Shown: in pieces, positions 35,091 to 45,101 of the stretch | How the letters are laid out: every line of letters begins with the position of its first letter | How positions within the stretch are numbered: the stretch's first letter is position 1 | Origin: a bacterium | GTDB taxonomy: Bacteria; Myxococcota_A; UBA9160; UBA4427 | DNA: 64,000 nt | Assembly (NCBI GenBank): GCA_024742285.1 | Contig: JANSYR010000003.1 | Span: 381,657-445,656 of the forward strand | Reading direction: 5' to 3' | Notes under the pieces: generated by a model | Databases searched by the model: none | What the model saw: the letters and a program-made list of their open reading frames with translations, nothing else | Told to the model about the DNA's origin: nothing | Translations under genes and position numbers: made by a program

Positions 35091-36509
35091 ATGCACAAGA
35101 TCACCCTCCCTCTCGTTCTTCTCCTCGCGATCCTCGTGTTCGTGCCGCAAGCCGGTGCGCAGGAGGCCTCCGGCTTCGCGACGCAGCAAGGCGCCCTCGA
35201 CGCGAAGCTCGACGGAGCCCTGCGCAGCCTCGCGAACGAACGCAACCGGATCTCACGGGAGAAGCTGCCGCTCTCGAAGGCGGTCGCGGCGCTCGAAGCC
35301 GAGGTCGCTGCGCTCCGCAAGGAGCGGGAGCGCTTCCAGAAGGTCCAGGACGCCTCGACGATCGACCTCGCGTCGCTGCGCAAGCAGGTCGCCTCTCTGG
35401 GTGACCAGGACGACTTCGTGAAGAGCCGCCTCGGCGAGTTCCTGCGTGACTTCGAGGGGCGCCTGAACATCGCGGAGCTGCCCCTCTACGAGGCGTTGAC
35501 CGAGGCGGCGAAGCTCAGTGACAAGAACGTGAATCTCGACGCGGATGCGAAGCGCGCGACCCAGGTCGCGGTCGTCGATGCCGCCCTCGAGCGCGTGCGC
35601 GATCAGCTCGGCGGACAGCGCTTCGCGGGCGAAGCGCTCCGCCCGACCGGCGAGATCACCCCCGGACAATTCATCGCCGTCGGCCCGACCGTCTTCTTCG
35701 TCGCCGACGACGGCTCCACCTCCGGCCTCGTCGAGGCCCAGCTGAACGCGGCGGACCCGGTCGTCGTCCCGCTTCCCGACGTCCATGACGCCTCGCTGGT
35801 CGCAGTGGCGAGCACGGGGACGGGCACGCTGCCCCTCGACCCCACCCTCGGCAAGGCGCTCAAGGTCGAGAAGGCACGCAAGACCGTTTCCGAGTACGTC
35901 GCCGACGGCGGCGTCGTCGGCTACGTGATCATCGGCCTCGGTCTCTCGGCGCTCCTGCTGACGGGCTTCAAGGCGATCGAGATCGTCGGCTTCAAGGTCG
36001 CCGGCCACGAAGCGGTCGACGACATTCTCGAAGATCTCTCGAATGGGGCCCAGGCCGCTGCGGCGAAGCGCGCCGCCGGGATCGAGGGCGTCTCCGGGGA
36101 CATGCTCCAGACCGGCGTCGAGCACGCGGCCGAGAGCCGCGGCGTGATCGAAGAGCTCCTCTTCGAGAAGGTGCTCCGCGTCCGACCGACCCTGGAACGC
36201 TTCCTGCCCTTCCTGGCGATCACCGCCGCCGCGGCGCCGCTCCTCGGCCTGCTCGGCACTGTGATCGGCATGATCAACACCTTCCAGCTGATCACGATCT
36301 TCGGAACCGGCGACGCGAAGAGCCTCTCCTCCGGCATCTCCGAGGCGCTCATGACGACGGCGCTCGGTCTCGTCGTCGCGATTCCGACGCTGATCCTCCA
36401 CGGCGCGCTCTCGCGCATGGCGAAGCGCAAGCTCGGCCTCCTCGAGGAGCTCTCGGTGGCCTTCGTGAACGGGCTCGACGTCCTGCGCGGCGCCGATCGG
36501 CGCGGCTGA
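35091..36509 (+). CDS. Large MotA/TolQ/ExbB-family protein (TtpC-like)
   Basis: 472 aa. Signal peptide plus a periplasmic coiled-coil N-terminal domain. C-terminal channel motif PLLGLLGTVIGMINTF...SEALMTTALGLVVAIP. Confidence 0.85.
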   Translation: MHKITLPLVLLLAILVFVPQAGAQEASGFATQQGALDAKLDGALRSLANERNRISREKLPLSKAVAALEAEVAALRKERERFQKVQDASTIDLASLRKQVASLGDQDDFVKSRLGEFLRDFEGRLNIAELPLYEALTEAAKLSDKNVNLDADAKRATQVAVVDAALERVRDQLGGQRFAGEALRPTGEITPGQFIAVGPTVFFVADDGSTSGLVEAQLNAADPVVVPLPDVHDASLVAVASTGTGTLPLDPTLGKALKVEKARKTVSEYVADGGVVGYVIIGLGLSALLLTGFKAIEIVGFKVAGHEAVDDILEDLSNGAQAAAAKRAAGIEGVSGDMLQTGVEHAAESRGVIEELLFEKVLRVRPTLERFLPFLAITAAAAPLLGLLGTVIGMINTFQLITIFGTGDAKSLSSGISEALMTTALGLVVAIPTLILHGALSRMAKRKLGLLEELSVAFVNGLDVLRGADRRG

Positions 36510-36540
36510 TCGGGACGCGGAAGGGCAGGGAAGGGCGACG

Positions 36541-37134
36541 ATGTCGACGATCTGGAACATCTGGCTGAGCGGAGGGTGGGTGATGATCCCGCTCTTCGGG
36601 CTCGCGGCGCTGCTCTACGCGCAGGCGTTCCAGCTCGTCATGTACGTGCGCCGCACGAACCTGCGCTCGGACTCCGAGCCCCACTGGTTCGAATGGGTCC
36701 GTGAGCCGGAGAAGGCGGAAGGCCGCGTCCGCGACATCATCGCGTACACCCAGGACGGCGCCGAGGAAGGTGCGATCTCCGGAGACCAGGTCCGCAACCG
36801 CTTCGACGAGATCCGGCTCGCCCTCGTGAGCCTGATCGAGCGCCGGACCGTGTTCGTCTCGACCCTCGTGGCTGCCGCACCGCTCATGGGACTCCTGGGC
36901 ACGGTCCTCGGCATGCTCCAGACCTTCTTCGGGATCTCGACGAGCGGCGGAACCGAGACCGCGGGCGTCGTCGCCGCGGGCATCTCGGAAGCGCTCGTCA
37001 CGACCCAGACGGGTCTCACGATCGCGCTCCCGGGTCTCTTCATCGTCATGATCATCCAGCGTCAGCGCCAGCAGCTCGAAGCGAAGATCGCGCGCCTCGA
37101 GAGCCTGACGCTCAGCCACCTGAAGCTCGACTGA
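36541..37134 (+). CDS. exbB: MotA/TolQ/ExbB proton-channel protein
   Basis: 197 aa. Motif APLMGLLGTVLGMLQTF...SEALVTTQTGLTIALP. Confidence 0.85.
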   Translation: MSTIWNIWLSGGWVMIPLFGLAALLYAQAFQLVMYVRRTNLRSDSEPHWFEWVREPEKAEGRVRDIIAYTQDGAEEGAISGDQVRNRFDEIRLALVSLIERRTVFVSTLVAAAPLMGLLGTVLGMLQTFFGISTSGGTETAGVVAAGISEALVTTQTGLTIALPGLFIVMIIQRQRQQLEAKIARLESLTLSHLKLD

Positions 37135-37148
37135 GCGGGAAGAAGACG

Positions 37149-37553
37149 ATGCCCCGTCGAAGCGTGCTCAGCCCCGAAGAAGAGACCGAGATCAATCTCT
37201 CGCCGATGATCGACTGCATCTTCATCCTGCTGATCTTCTTCATCGTGACGACCGTGTTCGTCGAGGAGAAGGGGCTCCAGGTCGCGAAGCCCGACGCTGC
37301 CGCGGTCGCGACGCCGAACGAGGACAAGGAGAACGTCGTCCTCGAGATCACCCAGCAGAACAAGATCCTGCTGAACGACAAGGAAGTCTCCCTCGCCGAC
37401 GTGAGCAGCGGCGTGAAGGCGAAGGTCAGTGATCCCGAGACCCCGGTCGTGATCCGCGCCCACGAGAAGTCGAGTCACGGGATCTTCGTCGGCGTCTGGG
37501 ACGCGGCGAAGCGCGGCGGCGCCCAGCAGCTCAGCTTCAGCACGGTGAATTGA
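37149..37553 (+). CDS. exbD: ExbD/TolR protein, paralog 1
   Basis: 134 aa. ETEINLSPMIDCIFILLIFFIVTTVFVEE. Confidence 0.9.
   Translation: MPRRSVLSPEEETEINLSPMIDCIFILLIFFIVTTVFVEEKGLQVAKPDAAAVATPNEDKENVVLEITQQNKILLNDKEVSLADVSSGVKAKVSDPETPVVIRAHEKSSHGIFVGVWDAAKRGGAQQLSFSTVN
37182..37268. repeat. 87-bp near-identical segment shared with the exbD paralog (partner 37592..37678)
   Basis: 83/87 nt are identical between the two tandem exbD genes. The segment covers the TM-helix coding region; the flanks are diverged. Confidence 0.9.
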
Positions 37554-37555
37554 CG

Positions 37556-37960
37556 ATGCCCCATCGCATGATCAGCGCAGAGCCCGAGCCGGAGACCGAG
37601 ATCAATCTCTCTCCGATGATCGACTGCATCTTCATCCTGCTCATCTTCTTCATCGTGACGACGGTCTTCGTCGAGGAGCCGGGCGTCGAGATCTGGAAGC
37701 CCGACGCGACCGTCGACCTCGATCTCGAGAAGAACAGCATCATCATCGCCGTCACGTCGGACAACAAGATCGTCTACGGCGGCAAGGAAGTCGGCGTTTC
37801 CGGCGTCGGCGCCCGGGTCCGCTCGCTCCTCAACAAGGACGAGCTCCCGGTCATCATCCAGGCGGACGCCCGCGCGGACCACGGCGTCTTCTCCGACGTC
37901 TGGAGCGAGGTGAAGAACGCCGGCGCCAAGAAGATCAGCCTCTCGACCCGCAACGACTGA
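37556..37960 (+). CDS. exbD: ExbD/TolR protein, paralog 2
   Basis: 134 aa from ATG 37556 (the track ORF starts at TTG 37550). ETEINLSPMIDCIFILLIFFIVTTVFVEE. Confidence 0.9.
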   Translation: MPHRMISAEPEPETEINLSPMIDCIFILLIFFIVTTVFVEEPGVEIWKPDATVDLDLEKNSIIIAVTSDNKIVYGGKEVGVSGVGARVRSLLNKDELPVIIQADARADHGVFSDVWSEVKNAGAKKISLSTRND

Positions 37961-37979
37961 CGTCCCCGATCCGAAGAAC

Positions 37980-38645
37980 ATGGCCCACTCCACCTTCAAA
38001 CTCCCGACTCCCCGCAACGAGCTCGCGATCAGCGTGCTCCTCGGGGTGGGTTTCGCCTTCGGCCTCTTCGTGCTGATGGCGCTGGCCCAGATGCTCGGCG
38101 AGGTGCAGGTCCCGGAGAAGGATCTCGTCGAGCAGGTCGTGGCCTACACGCCGCCGGAGATCGAGGAGATCGAGGACGAGCTCCCGCCGCCGCCGGAAGA
38201 AGAGGAGCCGCCGCCGGAGCTCGAATCCGAGCCGCCGCAGCTCTCCCTCGACCAGCTGAACATCGCTCTCAATCCCGGGACCGGCGGATCGCTGGCCGGC
38301 GATTTCGCGATGCCGGCGATCGCGGCAACGTCGAGCTCACTCGGAACCGACGACTTCGTCGACTTCTCGGATCTCGATCAGGTTCCGCGTCCCATGCCCG
38401 GATCCCAGCTCGACTTCCCGCGTCGTCTGAAGCGCAGGGCGGTCTCGGGCCGCGTCGTGCTCTTGATCAAGCTGGCGGAGGACGGCCGTGTCCTCGAGTC
38501 CAAGGTCGAGTCGTCGAACCTGCCCGAATTCGAACCGATCGTGGCCGCCGCGGTCGCCAAGTGGCGCTTCACGCCTCCGACCAAGGAAGGCACCCCTGTC
38601 CGCGCTCAGGCGCGGTTCCCCGTGCCGATCCAGATCGGAAGCTAG
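37980..38645 (+). CDS. tonB: TonB energy transducer (TonB2-type cluster)
   Basis: 221 aa. TM anchor, acidic/Pro-rich spacer (ELPPPPEEEEPPPELESEPP) and a TonB C-terminal domain. Confidence 0.85.
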   Translation: MAHSTFKLPTPRNELAISVLLGVGFAFGLFVLMALAQMLGEVQVPEKDLVEQVVAYTPPEIEEIEDELPPPPEEEEPPPELESEPPQLSLDQLNIALNPGTGGSLAGDFAMPAIAATSSSLGTDDFVDFSDLDQVPRPMPGSQLDFPRRLKRRAVSGRVVLLIKLAEDGRVLESKVESSNLPEFEPIVAAAVAKWRFTPPTKEGTPVRAQARFPVPIQIGS

Positions 38646-38694
38646 GCGCCACCCCTTCCTCGCCCATCTTGTTCCTCCATTCAGGAATGACCCC

Positions 38695-40074
38695 ATGTCC
38701 AGGACCTCCCGCTCTCTCGCAATCGCTCTCGTCGTCCCGCTGCTGCTGCTCGCAGTGGCCGTGCCGGCCCAGGCCCAGCGCAAGCCGTGGAGCGGCGCGT
38801 CGATCGTTCGCGATCCCGAATGGCAGAAGAGCTTCCTCGGCAGCTATGGCTTTCTGTCCGGCGCCGAGCCCGACATCAAGCCCTCCGAGCTCGAAGTCCT
38901 GAAGGAAGTGATCGAGCTGATGAAGTCGAGCCCACGGACCGCGGCGACGGTCCTCGAATCACGGACCGGTGAATCGAGCAGCGCGGCCCTCGACTTCATC
39001 CTCGCGAATCTGAACTTCCAGAACGGCAAGACCACCGAGGCCGTCCAGAGCTACGAGCTGGCGCTGAAGAAGTTCCCGGACTTCCGCCGCGCCCGGAAGA
39101 ACCTCGGCCTCCTGATGGTCCAGCTGAACGAGTACGACGGCGCGATCGAGCAGCTCACCCGCGCGATCGAGCTCGGCGAGCGCGACGGCCGCGCCTACGG
39201 CCTGCTCGGCTACTGCTACGTCAACAAGGACAACTACCTGGCGGCGGAGGCGGCCTACCGCAACGCGATCCTCCAACAGCCCGACTCGAAGGATTGGCAG
39301 CTGGGTCTCGCGCGCGCCCTGAACGCACTCGGCAAGTACGAGGAGTCGGCTGCGCTCTTCTCGGCCTTCCTCGAGAAGTACCCGGAAGACGCACAGGCGT
39401 GGAAGCTCCAGGCGAATGCGTATCTCGGCCTCGATCAGCCCCTCGCGGCGGCGGTGAACCTCGAGGCGGTCCGCATGCTCGGCAAGGCGGACGCGGCGAC
39501 CCTCAAGCTCCTCGGGGACATCTACATGAACGAGGGCATCTCCGACCTCGCGAAGGAGGCGTATCTCGAGGTCATCGCGACGGACGAGAAGGGGGCGCGC
39601 TTCGAGACCGCCTACCGTGCGGCCGAGCTGCTCCACCGCGCCCAGGCGAACGCCGATGCCGCCGAAATGATCGATTCGATCGGCCAGCGCTACAGAGGCA
39701 AGCTCTCGACCGACGACGAGCTCCAGCTGCTCACCCTCGACGCCAAGGTCGAGCGCGCGCGCGGCAACAAGAAGACTGCGGCCAAGCTGCTCGAATCGAT
39801 CGTCGAGCGGGACGGGACCCGGGGAGACGCGCTCCTCGAGCTGGCCGCCTACCACCGCGACCAGGGGAACGACCAGCGTTCGCTGCTCCTTCTCGATCGC
39901 GCTCAGAAGCTCGAGAAATACGAGTACCAGGCCCTCGTCGAGCGCGCGCAGTTCCAGGTGACCGCGCGGGAGTACGACCAGGCCGCAGCGACGCTCCGAC
40001 AGGCTCTCCGCATCAAGCGCGAACCGCGGATCGAGCGCTATCTCGCACGCATCGAGGACGCTACGCGTCGCTGA
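38695..40074 (+). CDS. Periplasmic TPR-repeat protein (TtpD-like)
   Basis: 459 aa, in frame with the tail of ORF 38488..40074. Signal peptide ...AVAVPAQA, then multiple TPR-like repeats. Confidence 0.8.
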   Translation: MSRTSRSLAIALVVPLLLLAVAVPAQAQRKPWSGASIVRDPEWQKSFLGSYGFLSGAEPDIKPSELEVLKEVIELMKSSPRTAATVLESRTGESSSAALDFILANLNFQNGKTTEAVQSYELALKKFPDFRRARKNLGLLMVQLNEYDGAIEQLTRAIELGERDGRAYGLLGYCYVNKDNYLAAEAAYRNAILQQPDSKDWQLGLARALNALGKYEESAALFSAFLEKYPEDAQAWKLQANAYLGLDQPLAAAVNLEAVRMLGKADAATLKLLGDIYMNEGISDLAKEAYLEVIATDEKGARFETAYRAAELLHRAQANADAAEMIDSIGQRYRGKLSTDDELQLLTLDAKVERARGNKKTAAKLLESIVERDGTRGDALLELAAYHRDQGNDQRSLLLLDRAQKLEKYEYQALVERAQFQVTAREYDQAAATLRQALRIKREPRIERYLARIEDATRR

Positions 40075-40089
40075 TCGGCGGCGCACCTT

Positions 40090-40115
40090 CGCCCGGGTTC
40101 CGTTCTGCCCGGGCG
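40090..40115 (+). terminator. Candidate hairpin after the TPR gene
   Basis: CGCCCGGG-ttccgttctg-CCCGGGCG: an 8-bp stem with no U-tract. Confidence 0.3.
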
Positions 40116-40165
40116 TCGCCACTCCAACCACCGGACTGCCACCGGTGCCAGGGTAGACGGCCAAC

Positions 40166-43100
40166 ATGAAGCCCCCCGGACTTCCGCGGACGCCCCTCGT
40201 TCGCGTGCTCCGATTCCAGATGCGTACCCTCACCGTTCTCGCTCTTCTGGCGTTCCTCACCCCCGTCCTCGTCGACGAGGCGATCGCCCAGGAGGCGACC
40301 GGCACGATCTCGGGCCGCGTCTTCGACGGCGGTAGTCGGGCTCCGATCGACGGTGTGACCGTCGTGGTGGAGTTTCCGGAGCCGGAGGATGGCTCGGTGC
40401 CCCTCGAGCTCGTCACCCAATCGGGGCCCGCTGGCGACTTCGAGTTCGACGAAGAGGTGCCCGCCGGCTTCTACGTGATCAGCCTCGTGAAGGCGGGCTA
40501 TCGCGCGTCGGTGATCACCGACTTCCAGGTCGTCGCGGGGGAGGACAACTTCATCGAGTTCCCGATGCCGCGTCAGCAGATCTCCGAGAGCGGCGACGTC
40601 ATGGAGCTCGAGGCGTTCGCGGTCTCCGCCGAGGTCGTGGGCGACATGATGAACAATCTCGAGCTCCGGCTCGAGAGCGACGAGATCGTGAACCTGATGT
40701 CGGCCGAGGACCTCTCGAAGTTCGCGGCGAGCGACGTCGCCGACGCCCTCAAGCGCGTGGCGGGCGTCAACGTCGTCGAGGGCCAGTTCGCGATCATCCG
40801 CGGACTCGAGGACCGGTACAGCAGCACGACCTACAACGGCGCGCCGATCCCGTCCCCGGACCCGGACAGTCAGTCGGTCCAGCTCGATCTCTTCCCGTCG
40901 GACATCGTCTCCAACATCGACATCGGCAAGTCGTTCAATCCGCGCTCTCCGGCCAACTCGGCCGGCGGCTCGATCGACATCATCACCCACGACTACCCCG
41001 AGGAGCTGACCGCCAAGCTCTCCCTGGGTGCCGGTTTCGAAGAGCGGCCCCTCGACGAGTTCCTGCGCCTCGACAAGGGATCTCCGGTCGGGGTCCGCGA
41101 GGACGGCGTCGATCTGATCGAGTCGGATTTCAGCGGTCTCTTCGGCGGGCGGACCGAGTTCCTGGGGCGGGAGGTGCGCTTCAAGTTCGTCGCAGCCCAC
41201 GAGGTCGACTACAAGACGCGGGTGGGCCACCAGCAGGTCTCCGAGCCGGCGGAAGCGCAGGGCCCCTTCCGCGACGGCGCTTTCCTGCGCGTCTTCCGCT
41301 CCGGCGGCGGTTCCCTGGGCACGCTCGACCGTCGCGGCCCCGTCTTCCAGCTGGAGGAGGGGCAGTGGCAGGAACAGCGGACGTTCTACGGAGGGATCGG
41401 CTTCGATCTCGACGAGGCCGGGAACCACCGGATCGACGGTTCGGTCTTCCACACTCGGAAGAAGGACGAGACGGTCCTGCTGCGCTCGAACGCGTTCTTC
41501 CAGCCGTCTCGCGTCGACGTCGCGCCGGGTGACCCCGGCTTCGACTTCTACGACAACATCAACGCCAGCACGGCGGCCGCGCCCGGATTCTTCGACGGGC
41601 GCCGCTATGCGAGCGAATGGGCCTTCGAGTGGTTCAACCCCGACGAGCAGGACGGCATCGAAGGCGGTCGGCACGCCTTCTTCTCGCCGCTCTACTGGAG
41701 CAACAGCTTCGAGCGGGAGCGCGACCTCACGGTCTACCAGCTGAACGGCGACCACGATCTCGGCGAGCACGTCGAGGGGCTCTCGGTCACCTGGGTCGCG
41801 AACTATTCGGAGACGAACCAGGAGGAAACCACGTTCCAGGCGCGGTACTCCTACAACACGGTGGAGAACCTGCTGCTCCGAAGCGGGGGTCTGATCCAGC
41901 CTCCGAACCTGCCCGCGAGTCCCGCCGACTTCACGGGACCCGGCATCTATGCCTCCCGCGCGGACCTCGTCTACGGCGCGAACGAGATCGAGGAGAACCA
42001 GTACTTCGGACGGATCGACTTCGAGTACGAGTTCTCGCCCTTCGACTGGATGGATGCGGCCCTGCGAAGCGGATACTGGTGGGAGCAGGGGAATCGCTCG
42101 GTCACCTCGCGGTTTCTCTTCCAGGCGCTCGGCGACCCGAACCAGCCCGGCGTGCACACGCCGCAGACGATCGTCGACGGACTCGCCCCGGCGGACTTCG
42201 ACACGAGCCTCCCGGGAACCTTCTACGGCCCGGCCGCGAACGTCAACCAGTCGTTCACGGTGATCGGCGATACCCCCCAGCAGATGGGACGTCGGCTCTT
42301 CACCGGCGCGACGATCGATCAGCAGCTCGCCGACAACCGGCCGGGTCGGAGCCGGAACAAGCGCGAAGTCAGCGCCTTCAACTTCGAAGCCAAGGCCACG
42401 CTCTTCGACGAGCTCGACGTCCTCGCCGGGCTCCGGATCGAGAACCTCCGGATCACGACCGTGAACGATCCCTACACCGGGGTCTGCGGAGGGCAGGACT
42501 GGGTCGATGGGGCCTGTCCCGACCCGTCCCTGGACGAGGCGACGACCCCGCCGCGCTACCTCTTCCTCGACCGTCGCGACAACCCCGCCCCGCCCGACGT
42601 GGCCTCGCTCCCCGACGGCTTCACCTTCAACGACGAGCTGATCGGCTTCCGTGACGCCGTCCCGGCCGGGGAGTTCGTCGACTGCTTCACCCGGAGCTGC
42701 CTCGACAGCATTCTACGCGGCGAGATCGACGAGCTCTACTTCCTGCCGAGCGTCGGCGCCTCCTATCGCCCCTGGGACGGCTGGGTCTTCCGCTTCGCCT
42801 ACTCGCGGACGGTCGCACGGCCCTCGTTCCGCGAGCTCGGGTACTACGCGTCGGTCGAGAGCAACAGCGACGACTTTTTCGTCGGCAATCCGCGCCTCGG
42901 GACCTCCGACGTCGAGAGCTTCGACGGCCGGGTCGAGTGGACATTCGGCGACTTCGGCGATCTCTTCGCAGCGAGCGTCTTCTACAAGACGATCGCCGAT
43001 CCGATCGAACAGATCATCATCGTCGATCAGGGTGCGGCCTCGTGCACCGCGCCCGTCTGTCAGTACCGGACCTTCCTGAACAACCCCAACGAAGCCGAGC

Positions 43101-43717
43101 TGCTGGGCCTCGAGCTCGAAGGGCGCAAGACCCTCGATTTCATCGGATCCGAATCCCTCGGCGGCTTCCTCGAGACCTTCTCGATCGGCGGCAACTTCAC
43201 CTACATCGACGCCGAGGTCGAGCGAGCGCAGATCCAGCGGGATCGATCGATCACCTGGTACGGCATCACCGACGCGGACATCGCCGCCGGGCGCGAGGCG
43301 TTCGGCCGGATGAGTCGCAAGCGCCGGCTCTTCGGTCAGCCCGAGTGGATCGCGAACGCGGACATCACCTTCGACCATCCCGACTGGGGAACGAAGGCGA
43401 CCCTCTCCATCTTCGCGATCAGCGAGGTCCTGGACGCGATCGGCAGCAACGAGCTCTCGATCGAGACGGGTGTCATCGGGACCCAGTTCGACCGCTATCT
43501 CGACAAGTTCTACCAGCTCGACCTCGTCGTGACGCAAGCCTTCCAGGTCCCCGGTCTCCCGGGTGAGTTCTCGGCCCGCGCCAGCGTGAAGAACCTGACG
43601 GATACCACCCGCAAGATCATCTACGACCAGGGCCAGACGATCGACGACATCGCCGAGCGGTCGTTCCGGGTCGGGCGCGACTACTCCTTCGCGATCGGTT
43701 ACACCTTCACGTACTGA
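40166..43717 (+). CDS. Large TonB-dependent receptor with an N-terminal carboxypeptidase-regulatory-like domain (Oar-like)
   Basis: 1183 aa (alternative start MRTLTVL at 40220). N-terminus GTISGRVFDGGSRAPIDGVTVVV. Plug motif VAGVNVVEGQFAIIRGLEDRYSSTTYNGAPIPSPDP. Terminal beta-strand ...FAIGYTFTY. Confidence 0.9.
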   Translation: MKPPGLPRTPLVRVLRFQMRTLTVLALLAFLTPVLVDEAIAQEATGTISGRVFDGGSRAPIDGVTVVVEFPEPEDGSVPLELVTQSGPAGDFEFDEEVPAGFYVISLVKAGYRASVITDFQVVAGEDNFIEFPMPRQQISESGDVMELEAFAVSAEVVGDMMNNLELRLESDEIVNLMSAEDLSKFAASDVADALKRVAGVNVVEGQFAIIRGLEDRYSSTTYNGAPIPSPDPDSQSVQLDLFPSDIVSNIDIGKSFNPRSPANSAGGSIDIITHDYPEELTAKLSLGAGFEERPLDEFLRLDKGSPVGVREDGVDLIESDFSGLFGGRTEFLGREVRFKFVAAHEVDYKTRVGHQQVSEPAEAQGPFRDGAFLRVFRSGGGSLGTLDRRGPVFQLEEGQWQEQRTFYGGIGFDLDEAGNHRIDGSVFHTRKKDETVLLRSNAFFQPSRVDVAPGDPGFDFYDNINASTAAAPGFFDGRRYASEWAFEWFNPDEQDGIEGGRHAFFSPLYWSNSFERERDLTVYQLNGDHDLGEHVEGLSVTWVANYSETNQEETTFQARYSYNTVENLLLRSGGLIQPPNLPASPADFTGPGIYASRADLVYGANEIEENQYFGRIDFEYEFSPFDWMDAALRSGYWWEQGNRSVTSRFLFQALGDPNQPGVHTPQTIVDGLAPADFDTSLPGTFYGPAANVNQSFTVIGDTPQQMGRRLFTGATIDQQLADNRPGRSRNKREVSAFNFEAKATLFDELDVLAGLRIENLRITTVNDPYTGVCGGQDWVDGACPDPSLDEATTPPRYLFLDRRDNPAPPDVASLPDGFTFNDELIGFRDAVPAGEFVDCFTRSCLDSILRGEIDELYFLPSVGASYRPWDGWVFRFAYSRTVARPSFRELGYYASVESNSDDFFVGNPRLGTSDVESFDGRVEWTFGDFGDLFAASVFYKTIADPIEQIIIVDQGAASCTAPVCQYRTFLNNPNEAELLGLELEGRKTLDFIGSESLGGFLETFSIGGNFTYIDAEVERAQIQRDRSITWYGITDADIAAGREAFGRMSRKRRLFGQPEWIANADITFDHPDWGTKATLSIFAISEVLDAIGSNELSIETGVIGTQFDRYLDKFYQLDLVVTQAFQVPGLPGEFSARASVKNLTDTTRKIIYDQGQTIDDIAERSFRVGRDYSFAIGYTFTY

Positions 43718-43722
43718 TCGCC

Positions 43723-45033
43723 ATGCGTCGGGCCATTCCGCTCCTGCGTGTGATGCGGGAGCGCGTGATGTCGCGTGGTTTGCCGAGTCGAGAGGTGGAC
43801 GCATCCGGCGGACGCGCGACGGCGGGTGGCTTTCTCGGAAGCCTCGTCTCCGTCGGGATGACGATCTACCTCTTCGGCGTCTTCCAGGATGCCCTGGTCG
43901 TCGCTTTCGACACGTCGGTCTCGACCCTCGCCTTCGGTCCGTCGCTGTTCACGGCCGCCAGCGGGATCCTCTCTCCCCTCGTCGGCCGTTCGCTCTCGAC
44001 GCCGTCTCGGCCCGGCTTGTCGATCCGGACCGTGATGTTCGCCGGAGCCGTCTCGCTGGGCATGGGCTTCGTCCTGTTGTCTCGGGCGCCGTCGATCGGC
44101 TGGGCCGCGCTCGCCTTCGGGGGGCTGATCGCGCCCGGTGCGATCCTGATGGGTCCGCTCCTGGGCCAGGCCCTGGTGACGCAATGGTTCACCGAGGGCA
44201 GCGGGCGCATGCTCGGCGTGGTCTCCGCCGGGACGACGGTCGGCGGGATGCTGATGCCGCCGATCGCGGCGGTGTTGATCGAGTCGCTGGGCTGGAGGTC
44301 GGCGATGGTCGCCCTCGGCGTCATGGCGATGGGCCTGATGATCCCGGCGATCGCGCTGCTCGTCCGCGAGCGACCGCCGGGGGGATCGCTCGAGGCGGGT
44401 TCGCTCTCCGGCGAGGAGGAGGCCCTGGAGGTCGCGCGGACCGCGTCGACCGCCGAGCATCTTCGGGACCCTCGCCTCTGGTTGGTCGGGATCGCCTTCG
44501 GGTTGATCTTCTCCGCGGGCATGATCTCGACCATCTTCATGGTGCCCTTCGCGACCGAGATGGGCATCCCGCTCGTCTGGGGGGCCACCGTCGCGGGGGC
44601 CCGGTCGGGCCTCGCGGCGACGGGCAAGATCGTGTTCGGCGCGCTCGGCGATCGATTCGGCATACGGCCGGTGCTCGGGGCCGTCGTCGCCGTCGAGGCG
44701 GCGCTCACGGCGCTGCTGATCCAGACGCGCGAGCCGTGGGTCTTCGTGGCGATCTTCGTCTCGATCGGCTTCGTCGGTGGAGCGCCTCTCCCGCTCAAGG
44801 CGTCGATGGCGAGGGAGCTCTTTGGGCGAACGAACTTCGCGGGCTCGATGGGGTTGCTGCAGAGTCTGGCGGCTCCCTTCCAGCTCGCGATCGTTCCGAT
44901 CGGGGGTTTCGTCTACGCGTCGACGGGCAGCTACGCGAGCGTCTTCCTTCTCACGATTCCCTGCTTTCTGCTCGGGGGATTGCTGCCCGTCTTCCTTCGC
45001 GCGCCCGAACGGGCCCCCGTCGCCGCGCGCTGA
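43723..45033 (+). CDS. MFS transporter
   Basis: 436 aa, about 12 TM helices, with a central cytoplasmic loop (VRERPPGGSLEAGSLSGEEEALE). It starts 6 nt after the TBDR stop. Confidence 0.85.
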   Translation: MRRAIPLLRVMRERVMSRGLPSREVDASGGRATAGGFLGSLVSVGMTIYLFGVFQDALVVAFDTSVSTLAFGPSLFTAASGILSPLVGRSLSTPSRPGLSIRTVMFAGAVSLGMGFVLLSRAPSIGWAALAFGGLIAPGAILMGPLLGQALVTQWFTEGSGRMLGVVSAGTTVGGMLMPPIAAVLIESLGWRSAMVALGVMAMGLMIPAIALLVRERPPGGSLEAGSLSGEEEALEVARTASTAEHLRDPRLWLVGIAFGLIFSAGMISTIFMVPFATEMGIPLVWGATVAGARSGLAATGKIVFGALGDRFGIRPVLGAVVAVEAALTALLIQTREPWVFVAIFVSIGFVGGAPLPLKASMARELFGRTNFAGSMGLLQSLAAPFQLAIVPIGGFVYASTGSYASVFLLTIPCFLLGGLLPVFLRAPERAPVAAR

Positions 45034-45101
45034 ATCCGAGGTCGCGGAGTCCGAAAGCGTGATCGATACTCGGGGAGCGCACGTGGGACATGGGAGGGCG
45101 C

